From: Candidatus Peribacteria bacterium
GTDB taxonomy: Bacteria; Patescibacteriota; Gracilibacteria; UBA1369; UBA12463
NCBI GenBank assembly: GCA_943349045.1
Contig: CALQZC010000002.1
Location: 1-52,398, forward strand
Direction: 5' to 3'
DNA length: 52,398 bases
A model generated the notes under the pieces. It ran no database searches, was not told the DNA's origin, and saw only the letters and a program-made list of their open reading frames with translations. Shown here in pieces: positions 8,615 to 17,047 of this stretch. The stretch's first letter is position 1. The number at the start of each line of letters is the position of its first letter. The translations under genes and the position numbers were made by a program.

Positions 8615-9172
8615 ATGAAAAAACTCACCACCCTCCTCCTCACCGGCGTTCTCGCCCTCTCGCTCGCAGGCTGCTCAACACCAAGCACGCCACCAGCACA
8701 AAACATCCCGAACCCACCCGTAGCCCTAACCACCACCGATACCACCGTCTACGCCATCAAACTCAACGATAATGGCACATCATTAAACAGTGTTCAGGTG
8801 GGCTGTGGAGATAGTGCTATGCCCGTTCAAATGACGGCACCGAACGCCTACGATGATACCGATCCCGTAGCATCGATCAATGCCGCAATGATGACGCTGC
8901 TCAGCACCACGGCAACATCGTTCAATACCCAGGGGTATCAGAATCCTCTGAGCAATCAAGCAATGGTGATTCAGTCGGTCACACAAAGTGGAACCAACTA
9001 CACCGTTAAACTGAATGGAAGCTTCACCTTTGGTGGTGTCTGTGATATGCCACGTGTGCGTGCACAGGTCGAAGAAACCATTAAAAAGGCAGCCCTCACC
9101 GGAAACACTTTTACGATCGACTGGAATAGTGGCGGACAGGCAGCCTGGAACGCGGCATTCAGCCAGCAGTAG
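8615..9172 (+). CDS. Hypothetical lipoprotein
   Basis: The signal peptide ends in the lipobox LSLAGC|S (MKKLTTLLLTGVLALSLAGCSTP). I recognise no family for the mature part. Confidence 0.75.
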   Translation: MKKLTTLLLTGVLALSLAGCSTPSTPPAQNIPNPPVALTTTDTTVYAIKLNDNGTSLNSVQVGCGDSAMPVQMTAPNAYDDTDPVASINAAMMTLLSTTATSFNTQGYQNPLSNQAMVIQSVTQSGTNYTVKLNGSFTFGGVCDMPRVRAQVEETIKKAALTGNTFTIDWNSGGQAAWNAAFSQQ

Positions 9173-9203
9173 ACAAGCGAAGCTTGTCCTGATCCCGTTC
9201 CCG
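9172..9203 (+). repeat. Post-stop hairpin plus pyrimidine tract, copy B
   Basis: GACAAGC-GAA-GCTTGTC followed by CTGATCCCGTTCCCG and then TTTTT. The hairpin begins on the last base of the lipoprotein stop codon. 20 of 21 nt match copy A. Confidence 0.5.
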
Positions 9204-9228
9204 TTTTTAGTATCTATATAACGACTAA

Positions 9229-9894
9229 ATGCGCTTCGATATTCTCACCATATTTCCCGGCATGTTTGACTCATACTGCAACGAAAGTATGGTCAAACGC
9301 GCTCGCGCCAAAAAAATCATCGACATTCATATTCACGACATCCGCAAATTTTCCACCGAACGGCACGGAAAAGTCGATGCGATCCCCTACGGCGGTGGGC
9401 CAGGCATGGTTATGACACCACAGCCGCTCTACGACGCGATCATGCACGCCAAAACCCTGAACAAGGGCCCCGTCATCTACCTCTCCCCTCGCGGAAAACT
9501 ACTCACCCACAAAAAAGCCCAGAAACTCGCCCAGAGTAAAAAAAACTCCAAGCAAAAACCCGGCCTCATCCTTGTCTGCGGTCGCTACGAAGGTATCGAC
9601 CAGCGCGTCATCGACCTCTGTGTCGATGAGGAACTCTCCATTGGAAAGTATGTACTGACGGGCGGCGAGCTCGCCGCCCTCGTCGTCCTGGACGCCGTCT
9701 CTCGCTTCGTCCCGGACTTCATCGGCAAGCACGAGTCGACCGTCGAAGAGTCCTACTCCGAGGCGCTCGGAGGCAAAAAAGAGTACCCACACTACACCCG
9801 ACCCGCGCTCTTTATGAATCTCGAAGTCCCAGAGGTTCTTCAGTCGGGACACCACGCCAAAATCAAAGAGTGGAGAAAGAATAAACTCACCTAG
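9229..9894 (+). CDS. trmD: tRNA (guanine37-N1)-methyltransferase
   Basis: MRFDILTIFPGMF..., LVCGRYEGIDQRV and LSIGKYVLTGGELAALVVLDAVSR SPOUT-knot motifs. Confidence 0.93.
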   Translation: MRFDILTIFPGMFDSYCNESMVKRARAKKIIDIHIHDIRKFSTERHGKVDAIPYGGGPGMVMTPQPLYDAIMHAKTLNKGPVIYLSPRGKLLTHKKAQKLAQSKKNSKQKPGLILVCGRYEGIDQRVIDLCVDEELSIGKYVLTGGELAALVVLDAVSRFVPDFIGKHESTVEESYSEALGGKKEYPHYTRPALFMNLEVPEVLQSGHHAKIKEWRKNKLT

Positions 9895-9920
9895 CGTCCA
9901 CACCGAGTTAGCCATCCACG

Positions 9921-10850
9921 CTAAATTTCCAAAATATTGCCAGTATCCTCAAGCATCTGGTGACTCTCTTGAACTGTTTGCGGACGTGCAAGAGGATCAT
10001 ATGCCGTACTCGCAAAAGCAAAATTCAAAATAGCTCGTACCGTTCGACGAGACGAGCCAGGAAGGGTTGGAAGAAAATATTTCTCAAGACGGGAAAAAGC
10101 ATCTGGTCGAAAGAGGCGATTTTCAATATTCGCCCGAAAGAGCGCATGAGCTGAGTAATCTTTATCATAAACATTCCAAGGAACCGAAAATATATATTGC
10201 AAAATATCATAGGGTAAAAGTGAAAAAGCCGTCATGCCAAGACCATATCCATCAAGAGTAGAACTCGTATATCCTTGGACCTGTTCAGGAGCCATATGTT
10301 GAACGGTACCCTGGCAATACTCATCACGCTTTCCGGTGACTCGAGTCAAAAAATCGCTATCAATAATGAAAACATTTTCCGGAACAAGGGGCTGTGTAGG
10401 ATGAGCAAGAATGAGATTCTCAGGTTTAATATCACGATGAGTAATACCCGCAGATCGTAACGTATTGAGATGCACTGAAACCGCCTTGAGAAGAGATCGA
10501 ATCTGATCCATCGTAAAGGAAATATTTGACATCACATCACATAAATCTGTACCAGGCACATAATCGGCAACAGCGATGTGATCATCGACATGTCGAAATG
10601 GAGCAATGTGAGCATGTTGTAGTGCTGTTGGCTCCTGCTGAGCCAGCTCAAAAGAGTCCTGTACACAGCTCCAGAGCATAGAAGCCATAGGATCGGACGA
10701 TTTACTTTCTTTCACAACAACTGGCCTGCCATCCGGATCAACACCCAAAAAGACATTGAATTTTGTTCCACCCTTGAGAGTTTTCTGAAGGGTAACAGAT
10801 TCACTCCCTGCGCTGATAACTTGTTCGCCAAATTGTAAACCGGTAAGCAT
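9921..10850 (-). CDS. Eukaryotic-like (Hanks-type) Ser/Thr protein kinase, catalytic domain only
   Basis: Catalytic loop ITHRDIKPENLIL, an APE motif (GTVQHMAPEQ), a beta3-Lys candidate (RPVVVKES), and DFG replaced by DSDFL. I chose ATG 10850 (MLTGLQFGEQ). The longer ORF-track version running to 11330 overlaps the oppositely oriented gene and is low-complexity. Confidence 0.8.
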   Translation of the reverse strand: MLTGLQFGEQVISAGSESVTLQKTLKGGTKFNVFLGVDPDGRPVVVKESKSSDPMASMLWSCVQDSFELAQQEPTALQHAHIAPFRHVDDHIAVADYVPGTDLCDVMSNISFTMDQIRSLLKAVSVHLNTLRSAGITHRDIKPENLILAHPTQPLVPENVFIIDSDFLTRVTGKRDEYCQGTVQHMAPEQVQGYTSSTLDGYGLGMTAFSLLPYDILQYIFSVPWNVYDKDYSAHALFRANIENRLFRPDAFSRLEKYFLPTLPGSSRRTVRAILNFAFASTAYDPLARPQTVQESHQMLEDTGNILEI

Positions 10851-10908
10851 AACTATGCTATAGAGTAAAAAAGTAATTATGTCAATAAAGGAAGCTAATA
10901 ACAACCCA

Positions 10909-10937
10909 TTGATCTCAAGAAGCAAAGCTCGTACACT
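10909..10937 (+). promoter_or_regulatory. Candidate promoter for the coiled-coil/ATPase operon
   Basis: TTGATC (10909-10914), a 17-nt spacer, then TACACT (10932-10937), about 25 nt before ATG 10963. Confidence 0.3.
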
Positions 10938-10962
10938 TGAGCAAAGATCATATCCCCTCAAT

Positions 10963-12459
10963 ATGCAAAACTTCACACAACGCATCATCGCTCTGGTAGC
11001 GATACTCACACTCACGGTTGGAACCGCGCAGCTCTTAGCGGTGAATAACGTGGCAAATGCTATCCAACAGGTAAATCCCTCGAAGGTGGCGATTGCAAAG
11101 AAAACCGCAACAGGGAAAAATGGATCAGGTGGTCCAATGTCAAAAGAGGCGGCGGGAGTAAAATCAGCGGCAGTAAGTTCAGAGGCAAAAGGAAAAACTG
11201 GAACAAAATCTAACGAAAAAATAGACAAAGAGGTAAAAAAGAGTGAAAAAGCTCTCAAAAAAGTTGAAAAGGAGGCCAAAAAGGAGGCGACAGCCATCGT
11301 CCTTCCAAAACTCATTAAATATTTGGACAATAATGTTCCCCAGCCACTCGTGGATGCCTATAAAGGAACAACGCTGAAAAATACGGTACAAGACGTCACA
11401 TCATCCCTGAATAAAATGGTCCTCGAGGGAAATATCAGCGACACCAAAGTGGAAGGTGTCTTGCGAGATGTTTTTTCCACGGCACTCTCAGACACCAATA
11501 GTTTCGCCGGTGAACTCCTTACAAAACACAGCCTCCAAAACATCGCGACCACGATTCTCCAAAATCCAAAAGACCTCGACGCACTGAAAAAAACCGTCGA
11601 AGACGAGATCAAGGCCTACGCAGAACAGGAGCTCAATAAACTGGCCAATCAAGCCATTGGAACGCTCTTTCCAATCATGCAGGGAATCGAGTTTGATTTC
11701 GCAAAAATGAACAAGGATACTTTCAAAGCAACATTGCGAAGTGCGATCATCAATGCGCTCGCACAAAGCTACCTTGGCCCGGGATATGCTGTTGCCTACA
11801 TGGCCGTCGCCACCATCTGTCCACCGTGCATGGAAAAAGTGCACGCCGAACTTCGACGATTTGATAAAAAATACCTTCAGCCTGGCACCGAAAAAATTGG
11901 TGAGGAGTGGAATAGATTTGCTGACAAAGTAAGCGAGGAGAGTAATCGTGTAAAAAAACAGATCTCTGCAGAGTATGAGCGATTGAAAAAGAGAGTTTCT
12001 GCGGAAGCACAGCGACAAAAAGAAGATGTTGAGGCAGAGGCAAAACGGGCGGGAAAACAGATCAACGAGCAGTTCGAAAAGGCAAAGAATTCGAAAGTTG
12101 GCAAGGAAGTGGAGCGGGAATTCAATGATGTGATCGCCGCACACAGCCTGATCGCAGAAAAAGCCGTCGCTGAGTTTAATCGGGAAGCACAGGACGCGCT
12201 CGATGAGGCCAAAAGAGTAAGTGTTCGAATGAGTAAGGAGCTCGAACGAGAAGTAAAACAGCACATAAACATGGTAAAAAACGCAGGGAGTGCGGCGAAA
12301 AAAGAGCTCCAAAAAGAGGCAAAACAACTCACGAATGAGGCACAGCGACTGAAAGATAAGATTGCCGAAGAGCTCAAGCGTGCTGAAGATAAAGTAAAGG
12401 CGGAAGCCAACCGATTAAAAAAGAAGATAAAGAAGGCGAAGAAAAAACTGGGATTGTAG
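10963..12459 (+). CDS. Signal-anchored Lys/Glu-rich coiled-coil protein, unknown function
   Basis: MQNFTQRIIALVAILTLTVGTAQLLA is a hydrophobic N-terminus. It is followed by a Lys-rich spacer, a globular middle region and about 170 aa of charged heptad-like repeats at the C-terminus. The alternative start at 10879 would add 28 polar residues. Confidence 0.7.
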   Translation: MQNFTQRIIALVAILTLTVGTAQLLAVNNVANAIQQVNPSKVAIAKKTATGKNGSGGPMSKEAAGVKSAAVSSEAKGKTGTKSNEKIDKEVKKSEKALKKVEKEAKKEATAIVLPKLIKYLDNNVPQPLVDAYKGTTLKNTVQDVTSSLNKMVLEGNISDTKVEGVLRDVFSTALSDTNSFAGELLTKHSLQNIATTILQNPKDLDALKKTVEDEIKAYAEQELNKLANQAIGTLFPIMQGIEFDFAKMNKDTFKATLRSAIINALAQSYLGPGYAVAYMAVATICPPCMEKVHAELRRFDKKYLQPGTEKIGEEWNRFADKVSEESNRVKKQISAEYERLKKRVSAEAQRQKEDVEAEAKRAGKQINEQFEKAKNSKVGKEVEREFNDVIAAHSLIAEKAVAEFNREAQDALDEAKRVSVRMSKELEREVKQHINMVKNAGSAAKKELQKEAKQLTNEAQRLKDKIAEELKRAEDKVKAEANRLKKKIKKAKKKLGL

Positions 12460-12482
12460 AAGTCATTTCATTCTGAAAAATC

Positions 12483-15092
12483 ATGCACGTAGCATCAAAC
12501 CCATCTGGACTATCCACATCGGAAGTCAAGCAACGCCAAATACAGTATGGAAAAAATCAGCTCGAACTGAAGGATAAGAAATCTCTTTTTTTATCCTTCT
12601 TTGAGGAGTTCAAGGATCTCATGGTGATCATTCTTGTCGTCGCGACGGTGATTTCATTTGTCGCGGGTGAGGTAAAAGATGGGAGTGTGATCGCCTGTAT
12701 CGTGCTCTTGAATGCAACGATTGGATTCTTGCAAAAGTATCGGGCAGAGAAGGCGGTGGAGGCATTGAATAAGATGCTCGCGCCGCAGGCGCGAGTGATT
12801 CGCGATGGAGTGCAGATAGTGATTGCCGCTGATCAACTGGTACCGGGAGACGTGATTATCTTAAATGAAGGAGATCGCGTACCAGCCGACGCCGAACTTT
12901 TTCTCGCCAATGAACTTGAAGTACAGGAATCAATTCTTACCGGAGAATCGCTTCCAGTAGCCAAAACAACCGATAAACCAAGCAATCAGCTCTTCATGGG
13001 CACTGTCATATCCCATGGAACGGGGCGAGCCATCGTCACGCATACAGGCATGACGACCTCATTTGGAAAAATCGCCCGACTCACGACCACCACCGAAAAA
13101 GACAAAAGCCCGCTCGAAAAAGAGCTCGATCACGTCGGAGTATTTGTGGGGAAAATCACACTCGTCATCGCGGCATTTCTCGGGGCATACGGCGTATTTA
13201 TTCAGCATGAACCCATCGCAACCGCCATTCTTTTTGCCGCATCCGTCGCCGTCGCCGCCGTTCCCGAAGGACTTCCAACCACGATCACGATTGCGCTCGC
13301 GCTCGGCGTCCAGCGCCTCGCAAAAAAGAAGGCTATCGTCAAACAACTCTCATCAGTCGAAACGCTGGGCTCAACCACCGTGATCGTCACCGACAAAACC
13401 GGCACTCTGACAAAAAACGAAATGACGGTGCAGGAGTTCACAACCACTGATCTCCACGCCAATGTCAGTGGTGCAGGATACGATCCGAAAGGCGACGTGA
13501 TTAACAACAAGACACAAAAAGATCTTGAAGTAACATCTGATATAGAGCTGGTACGGCTCGTCTGCACGCTCTGCAACAACGCAAAACTCACCTACGATCA
13601 CGAAACGCAAACTTGGAAAACACTCGGCGATCCAACAGAAGGAGCCCTCCTCACATTTGCACAAAAACTTGGACTCTCTCAAGAAGAGGCACTCGCCAAC
13701 AGCGAACTCATTCACGAACTTTCCTTCGACTCAAAGCGCAAGCGTATGAGCGTCATCATCAAGCACGACAACAAAACATACATCCTCTGTAAAGGCGCAC
13801 CAGATAGCGTACTTCAGGCGTGCACAGACTCGACTCCCCGCGACCAGATTCAAAAGATCAATGAAGAAGGTGCCGCAAATGCCCTCCGCATGATCGCCTT
13901 CGCCTACCGAGAAATAACTGAAAAAAATGACGGACCATATACCATAGAAAACGTTGAAAAAAATCTCACCTATCTCGGCATGGTCGGCATCATCGATCCA
14001 CCACGTGACGAGGTGGCGCATGCGATCGAACTCGCACAAAAAGCAGGTATAAGAATTTACATTCTCACCGGCGACCACGGCCTGACCGCAAAAGCCATTG
14101 GTGAAAAAATTGGCCTGATTAAGCCAGATATAGCCCATAGAGTTATCACGGGAGATGAGCTGAAGATTACATCGGATGAAAATCTGAAGGCACTCTTTGC
14201 AAGTCGAACTCCAGCAATTTTTGCACGCGTCAGTCCGGAAGATAAACTTCGTGTCGTCTCACTTCTGAAAGATATGGGTGAAATTGTCGCGGTCACAGGC
14301 GATGGAGTCAACGACGCACCCGCCCTGAAACGTGCAGATATTGGGATTGCCATGGGCATCACGGGAACCGACGTCTCGAAAGAAGCCGCGAATATGGTGC
14401 TAGCAGACGACAGTTTCTCGACGATCGTCGTCGCGATTCAGGAAGGCCGAACTATTTATGAAAATCTGAAAAAATTTATTATGTATATTTTTTCCAGCAA
14501 CGTCGGAGAGCTCATGGTTATTTTTGCGGCGATGATTCTCGGACTGAAATCCCCTCTCAGTGCGATCATGATCCTCATTATCAATGTGGGAACTGATGTC
14601 TTCCCTGCCCTCGCACTTGGCCTAGAAGAGAGCAAAGAGGCCTACATGGAGCGATCCCCTCGCAATCCATCTGACAAGATTTTACAAAAAACATTCGTCT
14701 CGCGAATTTTCTTTCTCGGTACACTCGTGGGCGTCACCTCATTCGCCGCCTACATCATCGGCCTGCAATACTACTCAGTAGAAACCGCCATGACCCTGAC
14801 CTTCACAACGCTCGTTCTTGGCCAGATGTTCAACACCTTCAGCTCACGCGACACGCGAGAATCTGCATTCAAGCATCCATTTTCAAATCTCTATCTCCTT
14901 ACCGCTATCGCCTTTTCACTCGCACTCATTATCGCTGCCGTTCATCTTCCGGCACTCCAGCACTACCTGGAAACCACGCCACTTACGCGTGAGCAGTGGC
15001 TTCTATCAGCCGGTCTCGGATTCCTCGTTCTCATCGGTGAAGAAATCAGAAAACTCATCATTCGATCACGCACCACACAAACTACGCTATGA
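12483..15092 (+). CDS. P2-type (Ca2+/cation) P-type ATPase
   Basis: 869 aa with TGES (LTGESLP), DKTGTLT, PEGLP in M4 and TGDGVNDAPALKRADIGIAMG. The N-terminus has GLS..EV..R...YG.N. Confidence 0.92.
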   Translation: MHVASNPSGLSTSEVKQRQIQYGKNQLELKDKKSLFLSFFEEFKDLMVIILVVATVISFVAGEVKDGSVIACIVLLNATIGFLQKYRAEKAVEALNKMLAPQARVIRDGVQIVIAADQLVPGDVIILNEGDRVPADAELFLANELEVQESILTGESLPVAKTTDKPSNQLFMGTVISHGTGRAIVTHTGMTTSFGKIARLTTTTEKDKSPLEKELDHVGVFVGKITLVIAAFLGAYGVFIQHEPIATAILFAASVAVAAVPEGLPTTITIALALGVQRLAKKKAIVKQLSSVETLGSTTVIVTDKTGTLTKNEMTVQEFTTTDLHANVSGAGYDPKGDVINNKTQKDLEVTSDIELVRLVCTLCNNAKLTYDHETQTWKTLGDPTEGALLTFAQKLGLSQEEALANSELIHELSFDSKRKRMSVIIKHDNKTYILCKGAPDSVLQACTDSTPRDQIQKINEEGAANALRMIAFAYREITEKNDGPYTIENVEKNLTYLGMVGIIDPPRDEVAHAIELAQKAGIRIYILTGDHGLTAKAIGEKIGLIKPDIAHRVITGDELKITSDENLKALFASRTPAIFARVSPEDKLRVVSLLKDMGEIVAVTGDGVNDAPALKRADIGIAMGITGTDVSKEAANMVLADDSFSTIVVAIQEGRTIYENLKKFIMYIFSSNVGELMVIFAAMILGLKSPLSAIMILIINVGTDVFPALALGLEESKEAYMERSPRNPSDKILQKTFVSRIFFLGTLVGVTSFAAYIIGLQYYSVETAMTLTFTTLVLGQMFNTFSSRDTRESAFKHPFSNLYLLTAIAFSLALIIAAVHLPALQHYLETTPLTREQWLLSAGLGFLVLIGEEIRKLIIRSRTTQTTL

Positions 15093-15361
15093 ACATTGAT
15101 CTTCTCCAGCATCTTCAGCAATCCGGAAAACGTGATGTCACGCTCAAAGTAAAAGTCACGCCATCAGCACCACATGATGAAATTACCGGATTCATGAGTG
15201 ATGGAACGCTCAAAATTCGGATTCACGCAGCACCAGAACATGGAAAAGCAACAGCGCGACTTATCGCTTTCCTCAGCGAAGAACTCGAAACCAGCGAAGA
15301 AAATATTGAACTCGTATCCGGCCACACCAATACCCGCAAACAACTCGTCATCCATCTTTGA
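15089..15361 (+). CDS. yggU: YggU/DUF167 family protein
   Basis: 90 aa with the pattern LKVKVTPSAP.DEI.G.....LKIRI.A.PE.GKA...L..FL...L......I.LVSG.T...K. Its ATG overlaps the ATPase stop (ATGA). Confidence 0.75.
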   Translation: MNIDLLQHLQQSGKRDVTLKVKVTPSAPHDEITGFMSDGTLKIRIHAAPEHGKATARLIAFLSEELETSEENIELVSGHTNTRKQLVIHL

Positions 15362-15371
15362 AACACACGCC

Positions 15372-16241
15372 ATGATTCACAAACTCACGGACACCAGCTA
15401 CATCAAATATTTGCTCAACAAGTATACGACCACCAACGCCAAGAAAAAATTTGGTCAAAACTTTCTGATCAGCGAACATGTCCTCAATCAAATTATAGAG
15501 ACCGCACAGATCGAACCCACTGATACCATCGTAGAGATTGGCCCCGGACTTGGCGTCCTGACCCGAGAACTCTGTCTTCGCGCTGGTAAAATTATCTCAA
15601 TCGAAAAAGATCGTGACATGCTTCGAGTTCTCCAGGAAACCATTCTCGATGACACGCGCGGTGCACGAGAAAAAACAACCATCCTAGAACAAGACGCTCT
15701 GCGTTTCAACATTGAAACCATCAACACACCCTACAAGCTCGTCGCGAATCTTCCCTACAACGTCGCCACCGCAATTCTCCAAAACTTCCTCGTCAACACC
15801 GCACACACCAAACACCAGCCAACCCGCATCGCAGTACTCGTCCAAAAAGAAGTTGCAGAAAAAGCCTGCGCAAAGACGGGCGACCATAACGTTCTCTCGC
15901 TCACCCTCCAGCCATTTGGAAAACCAGAAATTATCGCCCACGTCCCACCCGGCTCGTTCTTTCCCTCCCCAAAAGTCACCTCATCCATCCTGCTCATCAC
16001 TCCCTACGAGACTCCCCTGCTTCCACAGGAGCTGACCAAGCCGTACTTCCGCTTCATCCACGCCGCCTTCTCCCAAAAACGTAAAATGCTCGGCAAAAGC
16101 CTCCAGCAAATCGCCTCAAAAGAGACGATCATCCAGCTTCTTACCAAAGCTAATATCCCCCCCGAAATTCGCCCCCAAGAGCTCACCCTCGAACACTGGC
16201 TCACCATCGCAAGTCTCGCAGGACAAAAGGGGCTATCTTGA
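15372..16241 (+). CDS. rsmA: 16S rRNA (adenine1518/1519-N6)-dimethyltransferase
   Basis: KKKFGQNFL, VEIGPGLGVLT and ANLPYNVAT motifs. I chose ATG 15372; the longer ORF-track start overlaps yggU. Confidence 0.9.
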   Translation: MIHKLTDTSYIKYLLNKYTTTNAKKKFGQNFLISEHVLNQIIETAQIEPTDTIVEIGPGLGVLTRELCLRAGKIISIEKDRDMLRVLQETILDDTRGAREKTTILEQDALRFNIETINTPYKLVANLPYNVATAILQNFLVNTAHTKHQPTRIAVLVQKEVAEKACAKTGDHNVLSLTLQPFGKPEIIAHVPPGSFFPSPKVTSSILLITPYETPLLPQELTKPYFRFIHAAFSQKRKMLGKSLQQIASKETIIQLLTKANIPPEIRPQELTLEHWLTIASLAGQKGLS

Positions 16242-16295
16242 AGCGATGCATTAAATATGCTACGATACACTCGACAAGTCGGGGCGTACTCGAAC

Positions 16296-16326
16296 AAAGA
16301 ACCACTCAATACTGAGTGGTTCTTTT
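16296..16326. terminator. Bidirectional hairpin terminator between rsmA and the tRNA-like gene
   Basis: Perfect 13-bp stem AAAGAACCACTCA / TGAGTGGTTCTTT with the loop ATAC. A T-run follows on the plus strand and TTTG follows on the minus strand. Confidence 0.7.
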
Positions 16327-16338
16327 ATATGCCAGAAA

Positions 16339-16410
16339 TGGTGGAGAGGACGGGAATCGAACCCGCCCGCCCGAATGACAAGTCGGGGCGTCTTAACCAT
16401 AAGCCTCCCC
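16339..16410 (-). tRNA. Non-canonical tRNA-like gene with alanine-type acceptor stem and encoded CCA
   Basis: The minus strand reads GGGGAGG CUUAUGGUUAAGACGC CCCGA CUUGUCAU UCGGG CGG GCGGG UUCGAUU CCCGU CCUCUCC A CCA. The T-arm and 7-bp acceptor stem (G3-U70, A73) are canonical. The D region is shortened, the anticodon loop has 8 nt and the variable region has 3 nt. Confidence 0.55.
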
Positions 16411-16569
16411 ACTGTCTGCCATCTCTGGCAAAAACCACGTTATCAAACCGACATTACAGGAATCTAACACAACCCTAACATAATCTTAAAACGGCTCACC
16501 AAAGCCAAAAAATAAACTATGCAACGAGAAAAATCATGCCAGAATCATCCTATGATCACCCATTCCTAG

Positions 16570-16598
16570 TTGTCAAAAGAATAAAAATATGGTATTAT
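16570..16598 (+). promoter_or_regulatory. Candidate promoter for ORF 16637
   Basis: TTGTCA (16570-16575), a 17-nt spacer, then TATTAT (16593-16598) preceded by TGG. Confidence 0.35.
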
Positions 16599-16636
16599 AA
16601 TAAAAACAAAAACATATATCCCAAACACCTCATACC

Positions 16637-17047
16637 ATGAGCGACACATCTACTCAAAATCAGCGACCATTAGGGCCAGAGATTCCAGTGGCGATCAATA
16701 GCGAACTGTTATTTCAGCAAGTTACCACAGCGCGTGACGCCCTCGAAATGATCACGACCGACGAAAGAGAAAGGGCAATTATAGATGCTGCTCGCACACG
16801 AATCAGTGGCATAACTGAATTGGATGGACTCGATCAAGCAGGAGAGCGGCTGAAAATAAAAGTCATTACGGCACTTCGCGCAGCGGAAAAGTTAATACAA
16901 AATGGAAAAGCAAGAATTAACGATCCTGAAATTTCACTGGAACTTATTCAAGGATGGCAGAGTGATCTGGAGAGAAATGTGCCAACACGTGTCTATCGAA
17001 TTCACACCTCCCTTCTCGATATCATGCGAAGTATCGAACCAGTCTAG
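16637..17047 (+). CDS. Hypothetical protein (orphan, 136 aa)
   Basis: Clean ORF with a candidate promoter. I recognise no motif. Its end overlaps the pyrF stop by 4 nt (convergent genes). Confidence 0.5.
   Translation: MSDTSTQNQRPLGPEIPVAINSELLFQQVTTARDALEMITTDERERAIIDAARTRISGITELDGLDQAGERLKIKVITALRAAEKLIQNGKARINDPEISLELIQGWQSDLERNVPTRVYRIHTSLLDIMRSIEPV

Noticed and set aside
10851-11330. The 160-codon N-terminal extension of the kinase ORF (the ORF track gives 9921-11330).
   Set aside because: The extension is hydrophobic low-complexity sequence that overlaps the oppositely oriented coiled-coil gene. The kinase domain begins right after Met at 10850.
16257-16478. A 73-aa plus-strand ORF spanning the terminator hairpin and the tRNA-like gene.
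   Set aside because: It is made entirely of the antisense of structured RNA elements (...ERTGIEPARP... is the tRNA T-arm translated). It is not coding.
16339-16700. Whether this region holds a full-length tmRNA (ssrA), suggested by the G3-U70 acceptor stem and the tmRNA-like D-loop string.
   Set aside because: The 5' GGGGAGG and the 3' CCUCUCCACCA are only 72 nt apart. That leaves no room for a tag ORF or pseudoknots. A permuted two-piece gene would have the CCA end before the GGGG end, which is not the case here.
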